This document shows, in pieces, positions 51,643 through 63,710 of a stretch of 64,000 nucleotides of DNA; the first letter of the stretch is position 1; every line of letters begins with the position of its first letter. The DNA is from Mustelus asterias (Eukaryota). The translations under genes and the position numbers were made by a program. Location of the stretch: the NCBI RefSeq assembly GCF_964213995.1, contig NC_135817.1:49414001-49478000 (forward strand), read 5' to 3'. A model generated the notes under the pieces. The model worked only from the letters and a program-made list of their open reading frames with translations. It ran no database searches and was not told the DNA's origin.

Positions 51643-51915
51643 ACTGCAGCTGCTGTGAATGTTGATGGCTCAACAACTCCAGCTCCTCACCCGGAAACGC
51701 ATCCCTGTGTGGGGTCAGAATGACGGCCCCGGCACCATGGTGATGGGGCCTGGCACCGGCCGTGCAGGCCGGGCCCACCTCAGCTCGGAAATGTCATTTT
51801 CTTAGAACATATTCCTGTTGGAATATGCGCCAAACTTGTGATTTTTTTTAAACCCGGGTTTTCAGTGGAGCTGTCATCAGACTTAGTTCCAGTCGGTAAC
51901 AGGCCAATGCGATAT
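51643..51915 (-). promoter_or_regulatory. FUNDC1 5'UTR/promoter region
   Basis: Local CpG/GC enrichment, ETS-like CCGGAAA at 51691 and a CCAAT box at about 51904. Confidence 0.5.
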
Positions 51916-52336
51916 TCCATCATAAACTTCTTACTCAGAACTCTGCTGCCAACGCTCTCACTTTCACCAAGTCCAGCTCACCTATCACTCCTCTTGTGCT
52001 CACTGATCCACATTGGTTCCTCTCTTAATTTTAAATATAGCGCCTTTGTTTTCAAATCTGTCTGTGGCACAGTCTGCCCGTGCCTGTGTGGGTTTCCTCC
52101 AGGTGCTCTGGTTTCCTCCCACAATCTGAAAAACTGCTGGTTGGGTGCATTGGCCATGCTAAATTCTCCCTCAGTGTGCCCGAACAGATGCCGGAGTGTG
52201 GCGACTAGGGGATTTTCACAGTAACTTCATTGCAATGTTTATGTAAGCCATCTCTGCATAACTCCAATCCTGACTTCTAATGAATCCCCAATTTTAACAG
52301 GCCACAAACGACCTCTGGCTATCTCTTGCCAGACCT

Positions 52337-52634
52337 TAGAATCATAGAATCCCTACAGTACAGAAGGAGGCCATTGAGCTTGCACCAACAACAATCCCAC
52401 CCTGTCCTCGTAACCCCATATATGTACCCTGCTAATCCCCCCGAAACTAGGGTAAATTTAGCATGGCCAATCAACCTAACCCACACATCTTTGGACTGTG
52501 GGAGGAAACCGGAGCACTCAGAGGAAATACACGCAGATGTGGAGAGAATCTGCAAATTCCACAGTGACCCAAGTCGGGAATCGAACCCGAGTCCCTGGCG
52601 CTGTGAGGCAACAGTGCTAACCATCATGCCGCCC
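52337..52634 (-). mobile_element. HE1/V-SINE copy (a partial opposite-orientation copy lies at 52065-52250)
   Basis: tagaatcatagaatccctacagtacagaaggaggcc...gtccctggcgctgtgaggc. Confidence 0.88.
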
Positions 52635-53959
52635 CCTCTCTGCCTTGTGATTCTCCTTGTAAAACCAACCTTTTTGACTGATTTTTGGTCATCTATCTGT
52701 ATATTTGTGCGGTAGTGTCAAATTTAGTTTGCCCATAATCCCCTCTGAAGCATTTTGGAAATGTTTTACTGCATTAAGAGGTGTTATATAAGTTCAAGTT
52801 GTTGTTATGTGTAGAAAAAACTGCTTTCCTTTGACGTTATGTAGGCGGTCAGGGCTGTGTCTTGCTCTTGTCTGTAAACACGGTTGCTGCTCCGAAGTCA
52901 TGGGCAAATTGACAAGAAATAGATGAATTTAGTAAACCTGATTCATCTGAAATTAAACAATTATTTTGATTGAAAGTATCTACATTTCCTTCCTGCCAAA
53001 AATATCTAACCTATTCTTAAATGTTCACATTCTCTAATATTTAGAGGGTTACCAAAACTACCAGATTGTCTTGGAATGGGGCTATGAATCTCCCAAGCAT
53101 TTCTGTTAGCAGCCTTAGGCCTTCACTTGTCAAAACTATTCACCCCCAGATGTGACCCTCCAGTACTTACTTCATAACATAGTTAATTGATGCAGGAGAC
53201 AAAGGCTTTTATGAATATGATGAATCACACATAGTCTGTATAAGGAACTGTGTTTCCAACAGCAACAGTGCTTTTCTTAAATACATTTTTGAAAATCATG
53301 TTTCTCTTTTCAATCTTATTTCAAGCATTAATTTCAAGTGCTGGAAATTGGGATTAGAATTGTGATGATACTGTGTCTTTTTGTGTCATGTTTCTTATGC
53401 AGGGGATGTTAAGATGCAATTCTGTTTAAACAGTGCCCCTTTTTCTGCTCCAGGCATTCCACCTGCTGAGAATGCAGAAGAATAATTGCTCCTAGTTATT
53501 GGGGTGTTTGTTTTAATCTGAGTTAATGCAGCTTTGTTCATTTTTTGGCTTGTCTCCTGGGGTTCCAGATGCATTCAAGCCCGTATGACCAGGCTCAGGA
53601 ACAGCTTCTTCCCCAGAACTGTTACCCATCTGAACTCCGTCCTTTAACATATTCCCAGGCTATGGGCATTGTGCAATATACATGTATACACTTAATGACT
53701 ATTGGCACTATTTTATAATGACTACTTCATTTGCTTTTTTTCCCTTTGTATCTTGGGAGCCTGCAAGCACACTTTTTGTTGTATTTGTATACAATAACAA
53801 TAAAGTTGAATTGAATATATTTCATCTGCCAAGTTTCTGCCCATTCACCTGTCTGTATCTCTCTGTAGGCTCCTTATGTCATCATCACCACTTGCCTTTC
53901 CACCTATTTTTGTCATCCACAAACTTGGCAATGGTACATGCACTTCACTCATTCCAGTC

Positions 53960-54715
53960 TGATTTAATTTGATTCATTGTCATGTATTTAGATACATGTA
54001 TTGTTTCTTGTGCGCTGTTCAGGCAAAACATATCATTCATAGAATACATAGGGGAGAAGGAAAGGATAGGGTGCAAAATATAGTGTTGCAGTTACAGATG
54101 AAATGAAGAGAAAGATCATCTTAATATATGATAGGACCATTCAAAAGTCTGATGGCAGCAGGGAAGAAGCTGTTCTTTAGTCAGTTGGTATTTATTTTCA
54201 GACTTTTGTATATCTTTCCTGACAGAAGGTGGAAAAGTATGACCAGGGTCTTTGATTATGCTGGCTGATTTTCCAAAGCAGTGGGAAGTATAGATGGAGT
54301 CAACGGATGGTACACTAGTTTGCGTGATGGACTGGGCTACATTCACAACTCTTTATAGTTTCCTGTGGTCTTGGTCAGAGCAGGAGCCTTACCAAGCTGT
54401 GATAAATCTGTAAAGGATGCTTTCTATGGTGCATCTATAAAAATTGGTGAGAGTCATAGTTGACATGCTGAATTTCCTTAGCCTTCTGAAAGTACAAGTA
54501 TTGGTAGGCTTTCTTAACTATAACATCAGCATGGAGGAACCAGGACAAATTGTTGGTGATCTGAACACCAAGAAACTTGAAGCTCTCGACCTTCCCCACT
54601 TCCTCGCCATTGATGTAGACAGGGGCATGTTCTCCACTGTGTTTCCTTAAGTCAATGACTATCTCCTTCGTTTTACTGACATTGACGGAGAGATTGTCAT
54701 TGCACCATTTCACCA
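53960..54715 (-). mobile_element. Rex1/Babar LINE 3' fragment
   Basis: Encodes WCNDNLSVNVSKTKEIVIDLRK...INGEEVGKVESFKFLGV. Confidence 0.88.
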
Positions 54716-54792
54716 GTCATTAATACATTTTGTAAATAATTGTGGCTCCAGCACTGATCCCTGCAGCACTCCACTAGTTATAGGTTGCCAAC

Positions 54793-55614
54793 TGTTAGAG
54801 GGATTTAGGATCACTTAGAACTAAAATACTAATAAAGATAAAACTAATTTAGAGTGAATATAGTAAAAGTACAAAAGTACTGTTTGCATAGAAACATATA
54901 TAACCACTGTAGAGAATTTAAACATGTAATTTTGAAAAACATATCCTGTACACTTTGGCGAACTACAGACTACCACAAGGCATGGTGGGATATAGTTGAG
55001 TAAAAGGAATCACATTACAGCCACTAAGTGAACTAAAAAAGGGCTCTTATATCAGCATGGGTCTGATAGTTCGAGCAGTGCCAGACAGCCAAATGAATAG
55101 AATAATTCAATTTCTTCCAATAAGGAATTGCCATTTGGAAAGGAAACTTTTGAATTCTACGGACTTATGTAATTGAGGTACTAAGAGAAAGTGGGAAAGG
55201 AACCTTTGAACTCCACTACCTACGTAATTGGGATTGCTGAGAGGCAGTGGGCAGGAACTTTTGGATTCTATGGACCAATTAATTCTCATGTTGCCAGAGA
55301 GTGGGATGTTATTGGCCAAGGTAAATGATTCATACTAAAATGATTGGCTCATCCAGTTATAATGAACAGAGTAGGCGGGCAGATGATTTCTGAAAAACGT
55401 ATAATTGCTATGCTGATAACAAATGTAATTTAGAATGATTTGGGCTGCCTTCAAATCGTTCTCCCACACATGTGGACCTGGGCAAAATAAAATATGTCTT
55501 CAGCCAGAATTACTGTCTCCGGGAATTCTTTGTATTTGCTGAGCTGTAATTAATAAAGAGAAATCTCTCACATGAAAGCCAGCATAATACATAGATCTCT
55601 GAAACTCTCCTACA
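54793..55614 (+). mobile_element. Solo LTR (822 bp) inserted in a CR1 (~54715-56265, minus strand)
   Basis: TG...CA ends (tgttagag / ctcctaca), 5-bp TSD ccaac/ccatc, and AATAAA at 55552-55557. CR1 sequence resumes on both sides. Confidence 0.75.
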
Positions 55615-58600
55615 CCATCCTGGAAATGTTCCTCTTATGGCAACTTTCTATCAGTTAGCCAAACCCCTGTCCATTCTAACATCACTACCCCCCAATACTA
55701 TGGACTCTTATTAAGTTTTGTGCAGTACCTTACTGAATGCTTTTTGGAAATTCAAGTATATTACATCTACTGGTTCCTTTTTATCTATCCTGCTCGTTAC
55801 CACTTGAGAATTCTAATAAATTTCTCAACAGGGATGATTTCATGAAGGGGATCTGATGGGTTACATCGCAGGCTATTAAAGGAGGTAACAGATGGTGGAT
55901 GCACTGGTAGTAATTTTCCATCAGGTCCAGGGGATTTGTTGGCCTTTAGCCCCATTAGGTTATTTAGTACTTTTTCTCTCGTGATTGTATTACATTTGTT
56001 TAAACTGTCCCCCCCCCACCCCACAAAAATTCTGTCCCTTGATTACTTAGTATTTTTGGAATGCTATTGATGTCTTCAACCATGAAGACTGACAAGAAGT
56101 ATTTGTTTAACTCCTTTGCTATTTCCTGGTTCCCTATTATTACATTTCCAGTCTCATTCTCTTAAAGGATCTATGTTCACTTTGGCCCATCTCTTCCTTT
56201 TCAAATATTTAAAAAGGCTCCTCTTGCCCATTTTATATTACTTGCTAATTTACCTCAGTTTATCTTAGACCACAGATTGATACTTTGGTGCGGTACTAGA
56301 AAGTTATTTCATAGTATGTGGGTGTTGCTGGCTAAGCCAGCATTTATTGCCATCCTAACTGCTTGAGAGGTGGTGAACTGCCTTCTCAAACCATTGCTGT
56401 CCATGTGGTGTAGGTACACCCATTGTGCTGTTTGGGAGGGAATTCCAGAAATTTTCATAGTACCTTCATTGCAGTGTTAATATAAGCCTACTTAAATTTT
56501 GATCCAGCAACAGTAAAGAAACAGCAATATATTTCCAAGTCAGGCTGGTGAATGACTTGGAGAGAAACCTCCAGGTGGTGGTGTTCCCATGCATCTGCTG
56601 CCCTTGTCCTTCTAAGTGGTAGAGGTCAAGGGTGTAGAAAGTGCTTTTGAAGTGCAGCACAGTTGAAGGTCTCACCTTTCAAATAAAACATTAAATGGAC
56701 AGAAAGTTTGTTCAATTTTCCTTCAGGTGGACAAAATATTCTACAGCACTGGTTGAAGAAAAGGGAAGTTTTCCTCAAGTTCAAGTCAACATTTACCCTT
56801 AAACGAACACCTAAAAATACAAAAGATCAGGTCTTTTATTTCATTGTTGACCAGTTTGCTGTGTGCAAACGTCCGAACATATTTTCTACATTACAAGAGT
56901 GAATACTCTGCAAATGTACTTCATTGGTTGTAAAGTACTTTTGGACACTGAAGTCACGAAAAGTCCCATATAAATACATTTCTTTCCATTTAGATTTTAA
57001 AGTTGGTGAAATCCAACCCAACTCTGGATTTCCACACCTTTTAAGCATTATGTTAAACCCATCTAATCTGTCTTCAAGACCATACTGCAGCATTTTGGAC
57101 TAACAATGAGTGATATGGTCTGATGGTCTTATACTAGTGCTCCGCTAAACAAAGTTAGACCAGAATGAGAACATTACACACTCAAAAACATTATAAAATG
57201 ATAGAGGCATTATGCCAGTTGAGTGCACTCATTTGGCTTGGAATTAACAGAAACTTATATTCCTAGGATACGGTTCCCTCATTACCCATTGTGCAAAATA
57301 ACCTTCACAGTGGATTTATACATTTACTTTATTAAACAATAAGTACATGCATTATGCTAGAAAACCTAGAGCACTACCTACAGGTGTCACAATTACACAT
57401 GTAACTGCAGCATGGACACAATTAACAAAATGTCCTTAGGCAATGTTGTCAGGACTTGAGCTAAAATCTGCTCGGCATACCAACTGTAAGCACTTTTAGT
57501 AGGGCTCTTAGATTTTTTCTTCTAATTGGTAGGCATTACAAATCAACTAACATTGCATTTTAGGAACTGGCAGCCTGATCATCAGACTATTAGACTGAAT
57601 GAGGTGGATAAAAGAGAATGGACAGGTGGGTGCAAGTTGCAATGCTCACTGAAAATGGACTAATAATAGGGCTGTGCCACACAAGTTGGGGAGTGGAACA
57701 CAGATCACATCACAGCAGTGGCAGAGAAAGGGCTTAGGCCTAGCAACTCTAGCCTAGGAATCCAAAAACAGCAAGATACAAGTGTGTAAAGAGAATGTAT
57801 CAAATTGTATCTGACAATGCTCCTTTCAAGTCCCTTGGAGAGTTTACTATATTAGCTTGCACCTTTGTTGATTGAAGGGACAGGATTAAGCAGTACTAAG
57901 GGGTAAAAAGATTATAAAGAGGCAAATACGGACTATTTCTCTGGAATAGTATTAAAACATATGCTTGCTTTAGTAAATTTATCACAAATTTTAAAATTGT
58001 TGTAAGGCAGGGAAACAGACTAATATACAAACATCCCACAAAAGGCAATGGGATAAATGACAATACTATATTTTAGTTGCATTAGGAGGGTGAAATACTG
58101 GAGAAACACCAATGAGAACCCCTACTCTTTGAATGCCATCATACTTTCACTCGTGGCATTGGTAGAACTTCTGTAAGAAAGCACCTGACAATACAACAGT
58201 GCTCAGTGTAACTGAAGTGTCAGCCTGGATTAAGTATGCAAGTCTGAGGCAGAGCTCGATTCCACAGGCAACCATTTCGACTCTGGATTCTCTCAATTGC
58301 CTCAGATATCATAGTTGAATTTTTGTATTCATACATAAGAATTTAGAAGGTGCAATATAAATGCAAGTTTCCTAACAGGCCTAAACAGAAGGGCTAGCCA
58401 ATGACATTTGCACGGGACTGATTTGCGATTATAGAATGTGCAGCTTCACCCTTGCGAGAGATTTAATTGTATCCCAGATTGAGACTAGTGCCTTCATGAT
58501 TATGGAGCACAAATGCACCGTAATCAAAAGTAACTTGCACCTACCTATACGACACCTTTAACAGTAAAAGGCAAGATGCACTTCATGGGAAGGAAACGTA

Positions 58601-59079
58601 TCCCCAAGCTTCAAAGTTTCGCAAAAATTAGCCAATAGGTGGGATGCAATTTATAAACCCAAATAAAGTCACGAATTTACAAGTAAAAATGCATTAAATC
58701 AAAAAATCTGTCAATACAAGTACCACGGCAAAACGTATTCGATATCCTAAAAATATTGCTTTTAGACATTATGTAATCAGAGCAAACTACCGAATTCGGC
58801 TGAAAAACCAAACTCATTCTGAGTGGCACATGACGACGGATATAATATGAGGTGTGTGTGCGTTAAGGACAACTGAAGGCATTGAAGCGGATTATGGGAA
58901 GCAGCAACACTCTGAATAATGGCCGGCAAAGCAAAATCCACGGGGCAGCCTCCCACCTCTTGGACAACCTGGGGGGGGGGGGGGGGGAAGTTGGGGTGAG
59001 GGAAAAGAGACGAACAAGTACAACTGACTTTATGCATTGACCCTCGCTTGAAATTAAACTTTTGCGGGCTTGAGCAGAT

Positions 59080-60157
59080 CTTACAATCAGCAGGGGACGA
59101 GTTAACTTCAAATGCTGCGGGAACATTCCCGGACTGCGGCGCGCCCCGGGTTAGACGGGGTGGGGGTGAAAGTAAGAGGGAAAAAAAATCTCAAATTTCA
59201 CAAGGCGACTCCCCATTTGTCAGAGCACATTTTGTACGGCGCCATCGCTCACGGTTGACTTAATAAACTATAACATTGATTTACTTTGGAAAGTATGGGG
59301 ATGTGGCCGCGACGCTTTTGTTGGCACCAAAATTGCGACGTCGCCCCCACCCACAACGGTTTTTAAAAAAAAACTCCACAAAAAAACATTAGCGTGACTA
59401 ACACTATCTATCCCGACGTGAAAGGGGGGGAACACTAAACATTCCCTTTTCCACCCCCCCTCCTCCCAGCCCGGTTCCTCCTATCATCACACCACGACCA
59501 CCATTAGCCTCCGGCGCCAAACAAAAATGGAGCAAAACTAAAGTTGTGCGCAGCGAACATTCCTTTTATAGCCCGACGAACCCTCGCCCTGCTGACGTGT
59601 GCGGGGCGATCTGGATGATTGGCGTGGCGGCCTAACCAATGCGGAGCCGGCAAAGCCCTGCAGCCCCCCCCCCCTCTGGCCCTGGGCGGGCGAGGCGCTG
59701 GGGCGGGCGGGCCAATGGGGTGCCGGCGGCAGCCGGAAAGGGCGGGACAACCGTGTCAGTTGATCCCGCGGCACGAGCTGACGCAAATCAACACAAAGGC
59801 ACGTGGGGCGGCGGGCTGCTGCCCATTGGCCGCGAGTGAGAGGCTTTGCTGTTTGTGCGCTTACGGCGTGGATTCGGTGTGACACAATTACAACTTTCTG
59901 CTTTGAAGTTTTTTTTTCTCTTTTTTTTCTTCCCCCCCACCACCGCCACCTAACATCATTTCAATGCTGTTTTGATTTTTTTCACCCCTCCTCCTCCTCC
60001 CCAAAATAAGGACTCCAGCAACGCATGGTAGAAAGGACGCCAGAGCTTGAAGGATGTGAAAGGAAAGCAACCAAAAAAAAAGTCCACGGGAATAATAAAG
60101 AATAACAGAAATAAATTGCAAACATTTTTTTTTCTCCATCTCTTGTCTGTAAAACCC
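59080..60157 (+). promoter_or_regulatory. KDM6A CpG-island promoter and 5'UTR
   Basis: High CpG density. CCAAT/ATTGG boxes near 59618, 59636, 59712 and 59825; GC boxes near 59683, 59701 and 59740; CRE-like TGACGT at 59593. Confidence 0.85.
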
Positions 60158-60285
60158 ATGAAATCCTGTGGAGTATCATTCGGTGATGAGGAAAAGAAAA
60201 TGGCGGCGGGAAAACCGAGTGAAATTGAGGATGACTTTCCAACTCTGACGCCCCAGGAGAGAGACTCTATTGCAACTCTCGATAG
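60158..60285 (+). CDS. KDM6A: KDM6A (UTX) coding exon 1 (128 nt)
   Basis: Encodes [42 protein letters not shown], then AG|gttag. Matches the UTX N-terminus. Confidence 0.95.
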
Positions 60286-60396
60286 GTTAGAAAAATTCTG
60301 CAAGTTTTGTCTTGTGTCTTTTGATTAAGTTTTAGTGTTTGTGCATAAATTAAAACAGATTTTAACGTGTGTCATCTGTCTGTCGCTATCGCACAG

Positions 60397-60460
60397 CCGA
60401 CTGTTTGGATTTCTGAAGGTTCATGAAGATGGCGCCAGAACGAAGGCCTTGTTAATAAAG
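60397..60460 (+). CDS. KDM6A: KDM6A coding exon 2 (64 nt); the gene continues beyond the window
   Basis: cag|CCGACTG...ATAAAG|gtaaga encodes (S)RLFGFLKVHEDGARTKALLIK. Intron 1 is 111 nt. Confidence 0.95.
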
Positions 60461-62369
60461 GTAAGAGATCACAGATATTAGTCTTTCATTTAAAAAAATC
60501 TTTTTCCATTTTCGTTCTTGCGTCGTAATAACCAACTAATGCATTGACCGCCCTCCCGCTGCAAAGCCAGGTTTTGTGAAAGCCCCCCTCTCTCTCTCTA
60601 CTTTACATGGAGGTAGGCTCATTGACGGTGTTTCTATTATATATGTACTAACTTGAGAAGCAACGGTGCATATGAGCAGAGACGTTTGCAAATATTGACC
60701 GTGTGGTGTGAACGGCGTGTCTTTTCATTTTTGTCGGTGGTTGCATTGCATTTGGTTACACTTTCCGCATGCTCCCCCCTCTCTCTACGCTTTGCCTCCC
60801 AAGTCTCCAGGCTCTATAGTGTGGGTTTTGTGTTGTGTATGGGTTGAAGTTTTGCTCCGCGTTAAAAATGGCTGCTTCTCTCCAAGATGGCGGGACAGGG
60901 AGGAGAGAGAAAAATAGTGAGTGATTGGTAGGGGAGGACAACAAAAAAAAACTCGGGCCAATTTCAGCAGTAACTAATCTGAAATCTGCATTGTGCAGCG
61001 TGAAAGACATTTACTTATTAAAGTGCAGAAATAAGGCACGTTGTCGAGATTGTTTATGCGTTTTAAAGAAAAAAATACACAATGTGATTCACTCAACCTG
61101 TAGCACCAAGCAGTTTAATGTAAAACATAATGAAATGGCTGCAATGCCACAGAATGTGTGTGACATTGCATTAAACACACGCATTTTAAGTCGCGAATAA
61201 ATGTATTGGTTGCAATTGTTCAGATAATGGGACCGTGTTTGTTCCAGGAAAACTTCTGTATAAAATGGATATTTGCAGGAGTCTGGTTATCTGCACCGGA
61301 GGATACGCGTTTTTTAAAATGTAATTTGATAGTTTTTATTTACGCTGTGAAGTTTATTAATGTTGAATATTGTCGGAATTTTTGATCTCTCCAGTTTTTA
61401 AATTTGTATACTTGAAATGTTTCTTTCTGATTAAAATTGCGCCTGTTTTTGTTTTTTTAATTGGGTGGGAGAGGCAAAAACCTAGTTTACGTAAGTGTTG
61501 TAATACTGTGCCCGACATGTTCCTATCGAGCTATAATGGCTTCCCTGGATTCGATTTTAGATAAATTGTTTTTTGTTTGTTTAATTCATGTTTTGCCCTA
61601 GCACGTTTTTGTAACGTCTTGAGACATCTCTCATTTCTTAATTTACCTTTCAAATGATAAATGTACATTATCAAGGTTTTTTCACTCACTGGATAATCCT
61701 TCAGAATGTCACTACATTTAACTGCAGTATAGTGTAATGTAATTGTTTTAATTAGCTAATATGATTGTCATTGTGAGTCTATAAACTAAAAAAACCCAGT
61801 TAACTGTCACTGGCAGTTGTGTGTGAAAATTGGCAGGTTTCTAGACTGGGCACATTAAGGTCTAGTTGAAAGTATTTGATCGTCTTCTGTAATCAAAATG
61901 CTTTTTTGATCAAAAAGCATTGAGAGACTCCTTTAATGTGTATCATCACATTGTACCCCTACCTGGCTAGTCTGTTCTAAGGAAATCGCAGATCTTCCAG
62001 TGTACTGGATGCAAAACTTGCATCACATTTTCTTTGTATTTGTCCTAGGTTGGAAAATAGTAATTAAGTTTCTGTGTGACTAGTGTGCTTGTCCAGTGAT
62101 AGAAACAAACAAGGTTCCAAGTTTGATCTTGAATTTGTGCTACACATGCTGTTAATCATAGTTGAGGTGATGGTAGGGGCGCCACAGATATTCATAATGA
62201 GGAATGAATAGAACTAGTCCTGCATCTGACAGCTATTCAGCGATTGTTAGAAAGTGTGTTCTTTCGATGTCGGTGAGGATAGAGTGGAATTGTATTGTGA
62301 TGCTCTCTGTCATTCATTTGGTTGAGAAGTTCCACTCTAAGTCTCACACCAGTCTGCAGGAGTAAGCCT

Positions 62370-63710
62370 ACCATTCAGTATGATTGTGGCTGATCTTGGG
62401 CTTCAACTCCATTTTCCTGCCCATTCCCCACATTCCTTGAGAGATCAAAGACCTGTCTACCCCAGCCTTAAATGTTTTCAATCATGGAGCATCTATATCT
62501 CTCTGGGGCAGAGAAGTTCAAAGATTCACAACCCTTGAGTGAGGTAATTTCTCCTCATTGAAGTTCTAAATAATCCCTTATCCCGAGGCTGTGCCCCACA
62601 TTTTAGTTTCCCCACAGAAATAATCTCTTAGCATCTAACCTATCGAGCCCCTTCAAAACCTTGAATGTTTTCAAGTCCAAAGATGTGCGGGTTAGGTTGA
62701 TTGGCCAGGTTAAAAATTGTCCCTTAGAGTCCTGGGATGCGTAGGTTAGAGGGATTAGTGGGTAAAATATGTTGGGGGAGGGCCTGGGTGGGATTGTGGT
62801 CGGTGCAGACTCGATGGGCCGAATGGCCTCCTTCTGCACTGTAGGGTTTCTATGTTTCTATGTTTCAATGAGATTGCCTCTACATTCCAGAAAAAATGGA
62901 CCCAATTTGCTCAGCCTCTCATAGGACAACTACCTCATCCCCCCCATCCCCGGTCCAATTTAGTGAAGCTTTGCTGTACCGTTTCCAATGCAAGTATATT
63001 CTTGGAGGCCAAAGTTGCACACTACTCCAGATGCAGTCTCACCAAAATCCTGCACAATTTTAGCAAGACTTTATTTTTATACTCCAATCCCCTTACAAAA
63101 AAGGTCATTGTGCTATTTGGCTTCCTAATTGCATGCTAACTTTCTGCGTTCCTTGTACAAGCACACTCGAGTCTCATTGAATATCAACACTTACAAGTTT
63201 AAAAAAAATTCTGATCTTCTATTCTTGCGACTAAAGTGGATAACTTTGCACTTTCTGCATTATTCCTACATTTTAATCCTGACTACATCTCTTTGCAACC
63301 ACTGACTTCCTACAACTTACTTTTCCACCTAGCTTTGTGTCATTAGCAAACTTTAGAGCATTGCTCTCTGGCTCTTCATCTAAGTCAGATTGTAATTAGT
63401 TGAGGCCCTAGCACTGGCCCTTGCTGTACTCTGCTATTCACTACCTGTCAACTTGCAAAAGTCCCATTTATACCCACTGTCTGCTTCCTATTTGTTGACC
63501 AATCCTCTACCCTTGTTAATATATTGCCTCCAATTCTATGCACACTTTTATTGCCTATGAATATTTTGTGTTACACCTTATACCTTTCAGAAATTGAAGT
63601 ATACTACATCTACTAGTTCCCCAATATCTACCTTGCTCGTTACATCCTCAAAAAAACCCAGTAAATTTATTAAACAGGATTTCCCTTTTAGTAAAACCAT
63701 GCTGACTTAT
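62370..63710 (-). mobile_element. Old CR1 fragment in KDM6A intron 2, interrupted by an HE1 SINE 3' half (62675-62864, plus strand)
   Basis: CR1 reverse-strand motifs (cacactactccagatgcagtctcacc, cattagcaaactt, gatttccctttt..aaaccatgctg). atgtt(t)tcaa occurs on both sides of the SINE. Confidence 0.8.

Noticed and set aside
51685-51702. Alternative FUNDC1 start ATGCGTTTCCGG|gtgagg
   Set aside because: The phase-0 donor is out of frame with phase-1 exon 2.
59538-59885. ORFs of 66-115 aa over the KDM6A promoter
   Set aside because: These result from stop-codon scarcity in GC-rich DNA and show no recognisable homology.
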